51,117 nt of DNA from Chromera velia. Taxonomy: Eukaryota. The notes under the pieces are model-generated. The model was given only the letters and a program-made list of their open reading frames with translations. It was not told the DNA's origin and did not search any database. The stretch spans positions 1-51,117 of the forward strand of contig JAHBMJ010000296.1 in the NCBI GenBank assembly GCA_018398765.1, read 5' to 3'. Position 1 is the stretch's first letter. Every line of letters begins with the position of its first letter. Positions 23,593-40,122 of this stretch are shown piece after piece. The position numbers were made by a program, and so were the translations under genes.

Positions 23593-24629
23593 GACAGCAA
23601 AAGAGAGAGCGAGAGAGACGAAAGCGGTACAGGGCAAGTTGGAGAAACCCATCAGAAAAGAAAGTTGGTTACAAAAAAACAAAAAGGATCAATCAAAGAT
23701 ACTCACACCCACTCTAAGGCACCCACTGTCTCTTGAGTCCTTCAATCCAGCTTGATTTGTTCCAACCGTCCATCTTCACCTCAATCAATCAATGAATCAA
23801 TCAATCAATTAATTAATCAATCGATCAATCAATGAATGAATCAAAGAGAAGAAGGAAACAGCAGATCGATCAATTGAGAGCTTTCGAGGCTTCCTCTGTC
23901 TCTCCATTCTTGTCTCTCTCTTCTGTTGTTCCAATCTTTTGTTTCTCTTGCCTGCGAGATTCCTCAAATCCTCCGTTCGCCCTGCTGCCACCCATTCGCA
24001 TCATCAGAAGATGTAGACAGGCAGGCAGGCACAAGCAAGCCCACAGACAGACAGACAGACAGACCAACCGGAGGAGGCCAGGAGGGCAGTGCCAGTGGGA
24101 GCACTCGCAGAGACGGACGTGACTAGATTTCCTCTGCAAACACAGAAACACACATGAGTGCAGTGCAGTCAGGAGAGTGTGTGCGCATTTCCACTCTGGG
24201 AGGTTCAGATATCTTTCTGAAGGGATAAGTGGAGTGAATCTGCACACTCCCACACCACCGCAAGAAGAACACCCCTGCACACTTCCTGAAGTGAAAAGAA
24301 AACGCAAAGAACATGCCCTACTCATCTACTCCCTTCCTCCCCTTTTTCTCCTGTCATTATTCGGACTTTTTTCTTCTTCTTTTCAATTGTCCTCCACTCA
24401 GACCAATTCTCTTACGCCTCGTTTCTCACTATGGCCAAAGCAGGGCCCGGGACACGCTCTCTTCCGGATCTAATCCCCACCCTCCTACAGACTAGAGAGA
24501 GACAAGATATTGCTGCCGCCGCGCAAGGGAGGGTCAATCAAAGCATGCCCGCATGCATGTATGCGCATGTGAGAGAGAAGCAAAGCATTTTGCATGCGGG
24601 GGGTACAAAAAAACAAACAGAATAGGGCG

Positions 24630-27412
<2,783 letters not shown>

Positions 27413-28139
27413 TGAGCCTTCTCTCTCGTCACAGGCTCTTCTTGCTGTTTACTCCTCCAAGGAATGAAACCACTACCATGCACTCATTTGCTGTAGGTGC
27501 TACCATCGCTCCTCACTGTTCTTTGTGTTGGACCGTCAGGGGATGCAGTACGATGCAGAGTCGATTGCAAGGATGTGTACTCCCTTGTCCTCATTGGATG
27601 CATGGAGACGGCCGCGGCTCAACCCCCGATCAATCCCGATCAGCCATGATGCATGCATGGACCCATGCACGGGCACGCGGACGCACCCGCGGTGTCTAAA
27701 ACAACACGTAGAGCGTGCGACAGGGTGTTGCATGCGGGCAAACATCACCAGACATCACCAGATCACCAGGCTTGCGCAGTTGTCCGTTTCAGGCGACCGA
27801 GGGCTTTCATTCTCGGCAGTCACGCGCTGAAGACTGAGAGGCTGGAAAAGTCAGTACGACTGCTTTTTCATTGTCACTGAATTTACAATCATTCTACAGG
27901 AAAGCAGTTGGAGGGATCTTGATTTTTCTTGCGTTGCTGCGCTCATTTCATGTCATGTTTTGCCATCTGGAGAGAGACAGGGAGAGATCAGATGGGGTGT
28001 TGCATCCATCCTCGCTAGAATACATCCCCTCGGACAGATCGTTGCACACTCCGACGTGTCTGACTCCATTTTTCTTCGTGTTTAGTGACCTTGTCTAGCA
28101 ATTTGCATGCCGTTGTATGCCTGCACATCTTCTCTCAAG

Positions 28140-28336
28140 GCCGTGACTCCCCGCCTCCACCACGGGCTGGTCGCCGTGGCCGTCTCCTGTCTGGTTGTGG
28201 AGACCAAGAACGAGACCAGGATCCGGCAGCAGGACGCACTGCTCGCCCGACTGCAGGCCTTGTGCCTTGGTGAGTAACAGGTCCTTCTCCTGCCACCTCG
28301 ATCCTCCCCCCTTTTTTCCTTCTTTCTCTCTTGCTC

Positions 28337-28375
<39 letters not shown>

Positions 28376-29948
28376 TGTGTGTGTGTGTGTGTGTGTGTGT
28401 GTTCATGATCGATTGGTGTACAGGTGTGTGTGCATGGGAGTCTGCGTTCATTTAGCGTCTCACAGTCTCCCTCTGTTCGCCCTTTCTCTATCTCAACACT
28501 GAATGCAGACAGATCGAGTTCTGTCACCGAACGCAGTCACAGTGGCGGTTCCTTCCCTGCCTCGCGCTCACCGAAATGCGAATCCGCCCAGCCCGGCCCC
28601 GACCACGCCCCCCTTCTACACCCAGAATGAGCCCCCTCCCCTCGACCCGGCCCTCTCTTCGGACGCCTACTTCCCTTCGCAGTGCCCTCTGTTGCTTCCC
28701 TTTGAACCCCCCGCACGCCGAAGCCGCTCTTGCCCTTCTCCCAGAGTCTCCGAAGGAAGTGCACAACAGCCGCCCTACGCCCCTCCCCCACCGACTCCAA
28801 CGCGGGGGTACGAGAGGCCTGCATGGCAGTGCGTCCTAGATCCAGACGCAGCCCTCAGAAGCCTGCGTTCTCCTGGAAGCCCTCGAAAGCCGTCTTCAAG
28901 AAGATCGTTTGAAATGGCAGTCGGAGCAGAAGAAAACGTAATGACCGAATCCCGAGTGTCACGACACATACTTGTGGACACCAGTGACGACCCTCCACAC
29001 ACACCCGAGCACTCCACAACATACCAAGTCCACAAGTGGCCTTCCGAAAGTCAGTCCCCCTCTCTCCCTCCTGTATTGAGAGTCCCCGTCATTTCTTCTT
29101 CTCCCTCCGCTCACGATGAACAGCAGTATGATCTTTTTTCGATCTGCTTTCGGTGGACTTAGGGAGGGAATGCTGTCAATGGGGATCGATGCAGGAGAGA
29201 GAGGGGCATGAGATCATATGCATCGAGGAGCCAGGCCTTCTTGAACTGCAGAGGGACCACAAAATCGATGTGACAGTCAGTCCTGGTCCTCCAAGAAGCC
29301 AATCACCATGCCAACAGCAGCAACGCTAATCCTGGCAGCAGGGGACAGAGGGACTTCCAAACTCAGGACTGACGATTTCAGAGATCCCAGGTCAGTTCAC
29401 TGCGTGGCCTTCTGGATGGTGACAGGCAGGGTCAGACACTGAAGATGCATGCACGCATGGGACTTTGGGGTAGACGGGTGCATGTGTGTGCGTGCGTCTG
29501 CATGCATTCTTGCAGGTCCTGGGTCTGTCTCAGTATCCTCCTGACTGTGATATGATGGAAGATGACATATCTTACATTTTCTCTTAAATTTTAAATTTCA
29601 TCTCCTGGATTCCTGCCCACCTTAATTGCAGGAGGGGTTTACACTGGGGATGGCCTCCTCTAAGGACGAACGGCATTTCCTTTTCTAGTTCCTTTTTTCT
29701 GCTTTCGGGGGACTGAGGGAATGCTGTTAATGGGGATCGATGCAGGAGAGAGAGGGGCATGAGATCAATCATATGCATCGAAGAGCCATACAGGTCTTCT
29801 TCAACTGCAGAGGCGGGGCCCTCCTGCAAAGATCTCCTCCCTCCACCAGCAACCTTTGAACCTCCTCCTGCACGCCCCACCACCCTCCACCTTCGGTAAA
29901 TAAGAGCAATGGTGGGAGGAGACACTTTCTCGTCTCTCTCTCTCTCTC

Positions 29949-29983
<35 letters not shown>

Positions 29984-29986
29984 ATA

Positions 29987-30017
<31 letters not shown>

Positions 30018-30044
30018 GTGTGTATGTGTGTGTGTGTGTGTGTG

Positions 30045-30075
<31 letters not shown>

Positions 30076-31081
30076 GTGTGTGTGTGTGCGTGCGTGTGCG
30101 TTCTTTCTTTTCTCCCTTCCGTTCTCTTCGTCTCTTGGTTGTACCTCTTTTCCTTTGTTCCTTGGTACACACTACAATCTCTTCACAGCATGTTCTATAA
30201 TCTATTCATCTGCCGTAAGCACGGACAGCAACGTGAAAGAAGGACTAGAGGGCCTTGAGGGACCTTCAACATCTGCATGTTGTACCTGTCCACTTGTTGT
30301 GGCTTCTATCTCTGCGGTCTTTGCCACCTGCCTGCCTGCCTGCCTGACTCCTTTGATCCTTGTTTGTCTGCAGGTATTCTTCCGAGCAATGGGAGACATC
30401 GACGGGGATGGCGGGGCCGATAACCCCATCGGCAGAACTCTAGTGGTGGTAGGAAAGGGAGAGAACCTCCCTCTTCCGATCTTGCCCTGCCCCGGAAGTT
30501 CTTTGATGGAGCTGAAAGGGAGCGACGGAAAAGAACGGTCCACAAAGGAATTCCTCCGGGATGATCCTCCGCTTGGTCGATCTTGTGCGCATATGTGCGC
30601 AAAGAGGTTGGGAGGAATGGGGAGACGGCGGCAGTTCTTATCAGAAAGTTCTTCGAGACTTTTGCCGACTGACAGGGGGACATCAAGCACCCCGTTAGAC
30701 TGGGGGAAAAAAAGGAGGAGCAGAAGGCGGGCAGGGGAGGGGGAGGGACAAGTGAGCTGCAAACCTGGAGCATTCGGAACGAGAAGGTGTGGAGTACATG
30801 CTGAAGAACTCTCTCAGCTTTGATGCAAATGCCGTCATCGACGATCTGCCACTTGTGTGGCAGTTTGTCCGAGCAACGGTGGGAATGCGCCTGGTAGAGG
30901 AAGGGGGCTAAGCCTTAGGACAACTCCTGTGGACAGTTGTTGTAATGGATGAGTTAGCAGGGCTTAGGAAAAGATTCCCTCAACTCGACGCGCTTGTCAA
31001 GTATATCACGGAACACGCTAGCACAGACACGTAAGTCCAATGCATGAGTGCATTCATGAAGAAGTCACTCAGGGCGAGTCG

Positions 31082-31128
<47 letters not shown>

Positions 31129-31141
31129 ATGTATATGTATA

Positions 31142-31174
<33 letters not shown>

Positions 31175-31229
31175 TGTGTTGTATGTGTGCATGTGTGTGT
31201 GTGTGTGTGTGTGTTGTGTTGTATGTGTG

Positions 31230-31263
<34 letters not shown>

Positions 31264-32594
31264 GTGCGTGTGTGCGTGTGTTCTTTCCTTCCTTCCGTTC
31301 TCTTCGTCTTTTGCTTGTGCCTCTTTTCCTTTGTTCTTTGGCACTCACTACAATCTCTCCATAGCGTGCTCTATAATCCATTCATCTGCCGTAAGCACGG
31401 ACAGCAACGTGAAAGAAGGACTAGAGGGCCTTGGGGGATGCATGCAGGAACGGTTACCGGCAGGAAGGGGATCCCTGCCAATGGAAGGGCTTCGTTGAAT
31501 CTCGACTGAGGTTGGCTGCCCTCTCCCATTATCTGTTTCATCCTTACTGTCTTTCTTTGTCCGTTTTTCTGTTCGTCTGTGTGGTTGTCGATGCTCGTCT
31601 GGTGCTGTTTCTATTCCCAGTGGACCAAAAAGACATCTGTCGTACCCACTTTTGATCTCTTTCGTCTATGCATGTGTTGGTTGCTCTGCTTGTTGTCTTT
31701 CCTCTCTCTCCCCCTCTCTCTCATTTTCTCTGTGGGTACGCGCGCGCGCACGTGCGCGTGTGTGTTTGTTTACGCGTGCGCGGGGGGGCGGAAAGGGAGG
31801 GGGGCGGGAGAAAAAGACAGCACATGAAATTCTCTTTATCTCACTGTTTGTTTAAGCTGATTGCCCCCCCCGACCCCACTCATGCATGCAGGCACCTCTG
31901 CTCAGTCATCGACTCTGCTGATGAGGGCATCAACAGCCGCCCCTACCCCGAGGCCTATAGGATCAAAGTGAGTGAGTGAGAGAGTGAGTGGCCTTGTAGA
32001 TTAGGCAGGCCATCTGAAAGGGGGGTGGGAGCTGAGTGGGGACGTCGTATCTTCGCCATTCACATCCGTGTTCTTTTCTCATTCGTTCCGCTTTTTTCTA
32101 TTCTCTCCCCTCTTCTCTTTTACCCCTTCGCTTTGCGCTTCTTCAGACCTGCACTTTCGTTTCCACAAGACAGAGACAGACCCTCCGCTTGTATCATTTC
32201 ATGAGAGACCAACGCCTTCCCTGCATGACTCACGAATGAATAGATTCCTGAACTAATTCTTCCCTGCGTGCAGGACACGACAAACCAGCACCCAAACTCA
32301 TGGGCCGTCCACGCCGCCCTCATCCCCGACGAGAAAGTGATGCAACAGAGGAAGAGAGAGGAGGTCAGGCAGGCAGGCAGACAAAAGAGGGAATGAAGGA
32401 CATTTCAGAGCAGCAGGCAGGCAGTGAGAGGGTGCTGCACATGAATCTACAGAAGATCTTCAAGGTCTGTCGGTCGGTTGGCCTCCCACTCTCATCTCGG
32501 TGTACTCATTTATTTCTCTCTACTCTTCCCCTAGGGTTTTTATGCTCCTGACGTTGCTCTTTCTCTCTTTCTCGCGTTCGCTCTTTCTCTCCCT

Positions 32595-32639
<45 letters not shown>

Positions 32640-34227
32640 TACCTACGTGCATGTGTGACCCGCCGGTTTACTTTATTAGTATACTCCTTGATTCAACTCT
32701 GACCCGCCCGTCTTCATCCTTCCTCCCGTTGTTCTGGTTTGCATTGCTTTACAGGAATTCACGACCTCTCTGTTCACCCAGTTGCTGGTCAGTCGACTAG
32801 TTTCATTGTGTGTCTGTCTTTCTGTCTTTCTGTCTGTCTGTCTGCCCCTCTTGGCTTCTCTCTCTGAATTTCTCTATGGCCGTTCCTTGAATCAATGCCC
32901 TTGTTATGTTGTGAGTCGCATCGAAAGGGAGGAGATAGTCGTGTGTGGAAGCGAATGTACTCATCCGCTCTGCCCACTCTAATTTTCACTCCAATCCTGT
33001 TGACGACGTGCAGCAACAGGGCCACAAGTTCAAGGAGATCCTCGAGGAACCAAACGGCGAGCCCGCAAGTGTGTTTGTGAGGTTCCGAACGATGCTGCCT
33101 CACAACGTGCCAGATCGTTACCGGTACGTTGCCCCTTTCCTCCTCCCCGAGGACGATGAGGACGAGGACGAAGAAGATGAGGATGAGGACGACAGCTGGA
33201 CAGACACCAGCAAAAACAGCAGCAACAGCAGCGGCGAGGGTGTTTTGGGGGAAGGGAGAGCGAGGGAAGCCTTCCCCCTATCACCCGAATTGGCGCGGAT
33301 GCGGGACCTGCTGTGGAAGGGCTTTTTGTCCCGCTCAGAACAGCAACAGCAGCACCAGACCCCGCAGTCCGCCCCCCCGTCTAACCCCCCCCCCCCNNNN
33401 NNNNNNNNNNNNNNNNNNNNNNNNNNNNNNNNNNNNNNNNNNNNNNNNNNNNNNNNNNNNNNNNNNNNNNNNNNNNNNNNNNNNNNNNNNNNNNNNNNNN
33501 NNNNNNNNNNNNNNNNNNNNNNNNNNNNNNNNNNNNNNNNNNNNNNNNNNNNNNNNNNNNNNNNNNNNNNGTCATTCTCCGTCCCATCGGAGACATGGAG
33601 AGAGAGCGCAAGACGGAGAGGGACAGGGACAGAAATCGAGAGAGAGGGAGGGACAGAGACGGAGACAGAGACAGGGCCAGACCGACCGACGGAACGAGAA
33701 AGGTCAGCAAGGCAGCTCCAGAACATCAGCACAGCTTCGATGCAAAGCAGGAGAGAGGTAGCCAGACCTCTACTCAAGCTGTTTTGACGCAGAGCTTCCT
33801 CCCTCCCTCCAACCAGGCCAAGCCTGTCTACGCCCTCCTGAAGGCCCTATCGAGCACTAATGTAAACGACAGCCACTGGATCGCGTCGCTCAGGAGTGGA
33901 ACACCCTCCCCAACCCCGAAGAAGTCCATCACGCCCAAGCAGCAGCAGCAGACGAAAGCCAAGGGGCAAATGCATGCTCACGACAATAGAAGAGACTACA
34001 TCCCGCCTTCCTTCGAAGACCCCAGGCTCCAGCTGGAGTGGTTGGAGTGGGCAGAGAAGCATGACCCCAATCTCTTCAGTCCAGCGCAGCTGAAACCGCA
34101 GAAGAGGAGGGCAAGTCGCTTGCTGAGGGACCTGGGGGAACAGGAAAAGAAGGATGATGAGGAGAACATCAGGTTCTTTAGGAGCAAGGGGAAACTGGTG
34201 GACATCAGAAATATTCGTTTCAACTAA
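28140..34227 (+). CDS. Multi-exon hypothetical gene or genes; structure only partly resolvable
   Basis: Exon-like segments with canonical splice sites at 28140-28269 (AVTPRLHHGLVAVAVSCLVVETKNE), about 30374-30750, 31892-31967 (HLCSVIDSADEGINSRPYPEAYRIK), 32274-32336, 32755-32787 and from 33014, ending ...RSKGKLVDIRNIRFN* at 34227. An assembly gap intervenes. Confidence 0.5.
29165..29813 (+). repeat. Local direct duplication of about 90 bp (29165-29254 and 29715-29813)
   Basis: GAGGGAATGCTGT(C/T)AATGGGGATCGATGCAGGAGAGAGAGGGGCATGAGATC...AACTGCAGAGG is present twice. Confidence 0.9.
29950..31433 (+). repeat. Local direct duplication: (TG)n tract plus about 170 bp of unique sequence (about 29950-30257 and 31086-31433)
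   Basis: Both copies end in TTCATCTGCCGTAAGCACGGACAGCAACGTGAAAGAAGGACTAGAGGGCCTTG. Confidence 0.9.
33397..33570. other. Assembly gap (N run)
   Basis: Run of N following a poly-C tract. Confidence 1.
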
Positions 34228-35904
34228 AACGTCAGCCCACACATATGATTTTCAAGGGCAGCTGCTCTTGCGAATCTTTCCTTCTTTCTTGGGGTGATCA
34301 AAGTTGCCTTACCTGCTTCATCCATGTCCGCCCCTCGTTGAGCGATCGACAGCCTCATTTGCTGTTCCTGAGCTCTCCTATCGTCTTTATTTCTTTGCAA
34401 TGAAAGAGAGATCTCAGTAGGCCGACACCACCTTTTCCTTCCCATGCTATCTGCGATGCTTTTGCTTTTTTGCATGACAGTTCGAAAATCGAGCTTGTAG
34501 GGGGGGAAAGAAATGTGCACTGTCTCCCTTCACGTGCCTTAACGGTGGTGAACCCACTGCTCGTCCGTCTGTTTACTTGTTTACGTGCTCAAGACCCGTG
34601 CTCTAGCTGTGGTTTGCTTGCTTCTCAATTTCCATGCAGCTGTACGTCTTGCTGCATGTACAGTGAGGCCTTCATTCCAAATTTATGATGATAGCAAGAA
34701 ACGACTCTGTCAGTACCTGTAGGTATGTGGGGAACTTTGGTTTTCTGTGCTGACCTTTCTCGCTCTCTCGCTCTTTGTGCGAGCGCGTTGCAGAATTTTT
34801 TATGACACTCTTTTCATCAAAAGGGAAGGAGAAAGAAATCCATGGAAGGCGACCACGGCTGCCTGAGAGGCAAAGCCACCAGCTCGGCCTTGTTGCGTTT
34901 GTCCTCCTGTCAATGAGTGCAAAAAAAGCAGAGACGAAAGCATGTATGTTGTCCCCTTTTCTGCTTCTTTTTTCAGATCTTCTCGGATGTGACTTCTCCC
35001 GCGGCGGCTGGTGAGTCAGAGACCGGGTAGCGATACGGAAGGAAAGAGAGAATTTTAGAAAGAAAACACCAGAGAGACAACCACGCACCGACAGACTGAT
35101 ACAGGTGGACCGACCGACCAACTGACTGACTGACTGACTAACATACACACCCACACACATCCGCACATACTTGCAGAAAGAGAGAGAGAGAGAGAGGGGC
35201 ACAGACAGAAAGAACAATGATATGAAAGGAGCAAGCGCGCCTGCTCCCTCTTGTTTCTTCGCCTTGAGCTAACTCCGGTGCTTTCCTGCACGCGCCTTTT
35301 GTGCAGCTGCGCACACCCCACCCCGAAAACTAAAAGGAGACGTCGCCACGGTGAGTCTTCCTCAGAGTGCCTCCGAACCATTTATTGTTTTTGTTGAGCA
35401 GCTCTGCTTTTTTGAGACACTCCTGCCACCTCGCTTTTCTCAAGCTCACAATCTGCGTGTCAGAAAGATGACAGTCGTATTTTTCTTTTTGCTGCAGCTT
35501 AACACCTCTTTTCCTTTCTTTAGGTTTCGGTGTACTCACAGCGCATGTCCCTTCATAGTGTCGCGTCCTCTCTCTTTCGTCGGGTGTCTTTTGAATTTCC
35601 TGCGCTTCCAGTGATAACTGGCGAGAAAAAGAGACGGGAGAGGATGTACCTCTTTCAAATAAGAAGGGGAACGGAAAGGACTTGCGCGAAGGAGCGAGGG
35701 TTGAGGCCAACGGTTTTGCGTTTGTGTTGCCCCCTCAGACCCTTTCGGTGTAGAACTCTCTTCGTCTATCCCCTGCTTCACAATAATTTGCAGGGTCATA
35801 CTCCAGAGCAGGGCCATACTGCCAGTAGCCCTGTTGCAGGACAGCACTGCCGGGGCAGGGCACGCTCTGGAGGTTTCAGTCGCTTGGTGTAAAGCATGAT
35901 TCGC

Positions 35905-36133
35905 AGTGAACGGGGTTTTCGGGTCTATGCCGTGGTCAAAGAGACCAGTGACAGAGCATACATAAGTATGGACTCAAATCACATTCAACCACGCATCAGT
36001 TCGTTCTTAGACGCTCATTAGGACCGAGCCATTTCCTACATTTCTATATATATGCATGAATAAATCCATAGTCAATCATGCCGCTCGCCTCAAACTCTAG
36101 GCTCACTTTAATCATGCTTTACACCAAGCGACT
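35905..36133 (-). repeat. Single complete LTR (229 bp, AGT...ACT) preceded by PPT
   Basis: On the sense (minus) strand AGGGGGGG (36141-36134) directly precedes AGTCGCTTGG.... The last 20 nt plus GCG recur in direct orientation upstream of gag (41571-41549). Confidence 0.8.
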
Positions 36134-36149
36134 CCCCCCCTGAGCTTTC

Positions 36150-37700
36150 TCAAGGATCACATGGCCACGCAATTGACGGATGGCGCCACTTAGTTAGGCA
36201 ATCAGCAAGCTGCCTCTCCCCCTCAACGTGCCCGAACGTTGCCTTGAGAAGGCGAATTTCTTGAAGCACGAAATTGAGTCTTCCCTGCAAGGTAGGCTCC
36301 TTCTGACACTTTCTACTCTTCAACTGATCCACCAAAGCAGCTGAATCAGTCATGATTCTGAGGGGCACATTTGAAAAGAGGAGACGAGCATTTCGCAACA
36401 GAAAAGGAACACGAACGATACCATGAACAAGAGCCAATAGTTCGGCTCCTGCAGTCGAACGAACTAGCCGCTTCTCTCTGTGAGAAGCCCAATCAAGCAT
36501 GTTCCATCTGACTGAAAAGTCCCACGAACGATCTGCAAGCTGAATAATGAAACCACTTCGCGATTCACACACTCGATCATCGTATGCTGCATCTACCCAC
36601 AAGCGCATTTCTGGATTTCTGACTGCATGAAAAAGCAAATCCCTCGCTTCTGTAACAGCAGTCCGCAACACAGTGCACAGAGTCCGAAAGACGCGAACAG
36701 AGGGACAGGAAGACCATCTAGCAAGCTGAGAAAATACAAACGCAAGATCCCACCTCGTTCTCGTCATCCAGCCAAGCATGCCCAAAAGAGCACGATAGAG
36801 AGCCTCGTACTTCATGTCTATCTCCTCTGGCTGCGGCTGAGCAAAGTCTGTTTTATCTAGACTTTTCGAACCTTTCTTTCCTGGAGGGATCTTCTCTGGA
36901 TTGAAATACGACCTCTGACTCTGTCTAATCTCCCCCCTTTCCCTGTCATACGACAACTCCATTCCTACACATTTCACTGGCCTGTCTGTCACCTCACCCA
37001 CCTCATCTGACTCAACTGCCTCAGTCACTTCCTTCAATGTCTTTCTGGCATCTCTGGCAAAACAAATCAAATCATCGACATGCATTTGCATTGCGCTCTC
37101 AACAGGCATCACCTTCACGTCAGTGATGACTTCTTCTACCTGAGGAGAAGGAGGGACGCGAGAAGAAAGGCGGACAAGAATAGACTCTGCAATCTCAAAG
37201 AAGAAAAGAGCCTGCAGCTTCGTCTTCAGCCAAGAAGTGAACATTCTCGGCGCATTTTTAAGTCCGTACATTGCTTTCTTTAGCAAATACACCCCCTCTG
37301 GCTGGAGACCGAAGCTCTTTTTCGGAAAAAGAGGAGGCAGACAAACAAAAACAGAGGCAGCAGAACCTATAATCGGGCACTACAAGAAAGCATTTCGAAC
37401 ATCAGTGATTGCGATAGTAAAACGACTGACAAGAGTGAAAACAAAAAGGAGACGAAAAAGAGAGGCATCAGGGGTACCGCTGTATGTCTCACACTCACGA
37501 GTGTCTCGTTCAGAATGCCCAGCACAAACGAGTCGAGCTTTCGGCACTCGTTTCCCGTCTTTCAGTTTCCACGTGAACACCCACTTACAAAACAGAACAA
37601 CAGCGCAAGAGACTGCGAAATCATTTCTCCAAAAACATCATAAGAAGAAAACTTGTACACTTCATTCTCCATTGCCTGTTCAAACTTTCCTTCCTTCACC
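36150..37700 (-). pseudogene. Copia reverse transcriptase and RNase H
   Basis: Motifs EQAMENE, KWVFTWK...KARLVCAG, DVRNAFL*, LKKAMYGLKNAPR, HVDDL and TRWDLAF. RNase H motifs WVDAAY, RSTAGAELLAL, TDSAAL and QLADCLTK. One TAG (37382-37380) and two frameshifts (about 37620 and 37325). Confidence 0.95.
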
Positions 37701-38158
37701 GCAGGATCAGACATGGACACAGGAATCTGCGTACGGCCTGTGTGATCAAGCGAAGCCTGTGGGTCTGCTGGCTTAGCTCCCACCCCTTCGATGGAAACAG
37801 CACACGCAGATGCATGGTGGCCGGAAACAAGACAGCGGCCACAGAAACTCGAGGGGTCTGTTCCTTCCGGCACAAAATCAACATCATCAGGCACTGGCCA
37901 TTCTTCCTCTCCCTTTTCCCCCCCGTCTCCTTTCCCCCTTTCATTCCCCCTCCCGGCCTGGAAGCGAGAAGAACGTCTCGGCTGCTCGGCAACAGGCTCG
38001 CCGTACAAAAAGAAGTCAGTTCGAGAAGAAGGACGACTTGGAGAAACAAAAGAAAGAGAAGAATCAGAAGAAGAAGATAAAGAAACAGAAGAAGGAAAAG
38101 AAGGTGGTTCAGAAAGAATCACAGAAGAAGATTTACCCCCCTCCCCAGTCGTGTCATC

Positions 38159-39166
38159 TTACGACACGCATTGCTTCATTGTCGGGCATACAAGCCCATC
38201 CAACACCCACTCTCCCAAAAACTCCACCAGTCCAGACCTCAGAAGAACCCCCGGCGTTGGGTGAGTGCACGCAGGCCCTCTTGGATCAGGATGACGTCTC
38301 ACCACCCTGTCCCACTGCCGTTTGGCAGAGTTCCATTCTGCCAGCTGCCACTCATGCGAAGAAGCAGCAAAAAAGAAGAAACCAATCTTTCCGGGGGGAC
38401 GCAGAGTCTTCTGCACATCCTGTGGAACAAACACAAGAGAGTCAGCTGGCATGTAACGAATATCAGGTGCGCGACCGAAGGCACACATAAGAGGAGACTT
38501 CCCTTGCTCATCAGACGTGCGATTATACGACCACTCAGCAGCACAAAAGAGCGCAGGAAACCAAGCAAGAGGAAAGCGGAAGGTGTGCACAAGATGGCGC
38601 ACCAAAGCACGCGCAGTTCGATTGAATCGCTCAACAATTCCCTGAGAGAGAGAAGTACGCGGAACACCCGGCAGAATACAACATCTTTTCTCTGCCAACA
38701 AGGCAGCAACTTTCCCTGCAGACAATTCACCTGCATTGTCTGCACGAAGGACAGCGGGCACTCCATAAGTCTGAATCCACTCAACAACAGCAAAAAGAGC
38801 ATCTGATTTCTTCTTCAGCGCACGAGCAAGTGTCATGTGTGTGTGTCTGTCAACCATCATAAGAATATAGTGAATTCCAAACGCACGCACCTTCTCCCCC
38901 AACTCGTCGTCCCACTGCCTGACTTCCAAAATATCCATCTGAACTTCGGACAGCCAAGAAGAGCCAGAAGAGCAAAGCGGAAGAGAAGGAGAAGTTGCAT
39001 TCACTACTTTACATGACAGACACCAGAACAAAGAAGCTTGCAGCAAACGGCGGGGAACAGACAGACAATGTTGAAACTGCTTCAAATTTTTTTTCCAACT
39101 CTTCACCAGCCTCTCCTCTGATGCATGCCCAAACCGAATGTGTTGACGCAAAACACGATAAAGCAC
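38159..39166 (-). pseudogene. Copia integrase (HHCC zinc finger and DDE core)
   Basis: HIRFGH...CLSC, VQMDI, LRADNAGE and SQGIVERFNRT. In frame with both neighbouring ORFs across single stops. Confidence 0.95.
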
Positions 39167-39220
39167 ATCAGGGGGAAGATCAGAAGGAAAAGAGGAAGAG
39201 AGAGAAAGAGACCGAAATTC

Positions 39221-40071
39221 CTATTTAGTAGGCACTCGAATAGTAGTGGTGGAGCCCCCCTCCTTCTCCTTCCCATGGCACCCCAGAGTGGAGGTTACTA
39301 GGGCCAACAAAGACTTGTGCTCGCACTCATCAAGCCCGGTGGAGGCCACCTCGTCCCTGTCGCCAAGCGCCGAGGCATAGAAGGGGTACGTGGGTGAGTC
39401 GGGTGAGGGGTCTAGGGAAATCCGCACAAGGTTTCCGTGCGCATCCCGAAGAGTCGCGGTCCCGTCGAACCTTGACAACTCGGGGCAGTGCACGAGACAC
39501 CCAACGCTCTCATCGTCCAAGAGGTTGCACAACAGAAGAACCCCCTTGATACGGCCGTCAGGAATACGGAAGTGAAAACGAACAATCCCGCGAGTGGTCG
39601 TCTGCGCAATCGCTCTCTGCCCCCACACCTCCCGGTAGCGAGAGACGCAAGGCCACTCGCGGACGATCCTTCCCTGGACCGCACCACGAAAACAGAGAGT
39701 GAAAGAGCACTGGGAGTCGAGGTTGACACGCAGTTGAGGCCGAGAGCTGCGGGCCTTCTCTGCAATCAACCCTTCCCCCTCAAAATCGGCAGCCCGGCAG
39801 TCTTCCGTGTTGCCAGACACACAATCGAAAAACTCATCCGTCTCCTCACAATCGAAGAACTCCTCATCCCCCCCCTCTCCCACACAGAAGACGGCGCCAT
39901 CTGCCTGCGAAAGAAGAGAGGGAAACACAGTGTCGGGGTGAAACCCAAGAGAATCGGAGTCAGCATAATACTGTTCGATGTCCGTACCTTTGAACGCAGC
40001 GAAGATCTCTTCCACAACGAAGCGATCCTCACTGGAGAGGAATGATAGGTCGGCGAAGTCTTCGGCTGCTG
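39221..40071 (-). pseudogene. Aspartic protease region of the Copia polyprotein
   Basis: VNLDSQCSFTL is a D-S-G-like catalytic motif variant in the expected position between gag and integrase. Confidence 0.7.
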
Positions 40072-40122
40072 CTGTGGACACGAGACGACAGGCACGGGCT
40101 GTTTAGGAACTAGAACTAGCAC

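Noticed and set aside
39167..39235. Intron between protease and integrase
   Set aside because: The pyrimidine tract has no usable AG before the HIRFGH motif, and both ORFs are already in frame across one TAG.
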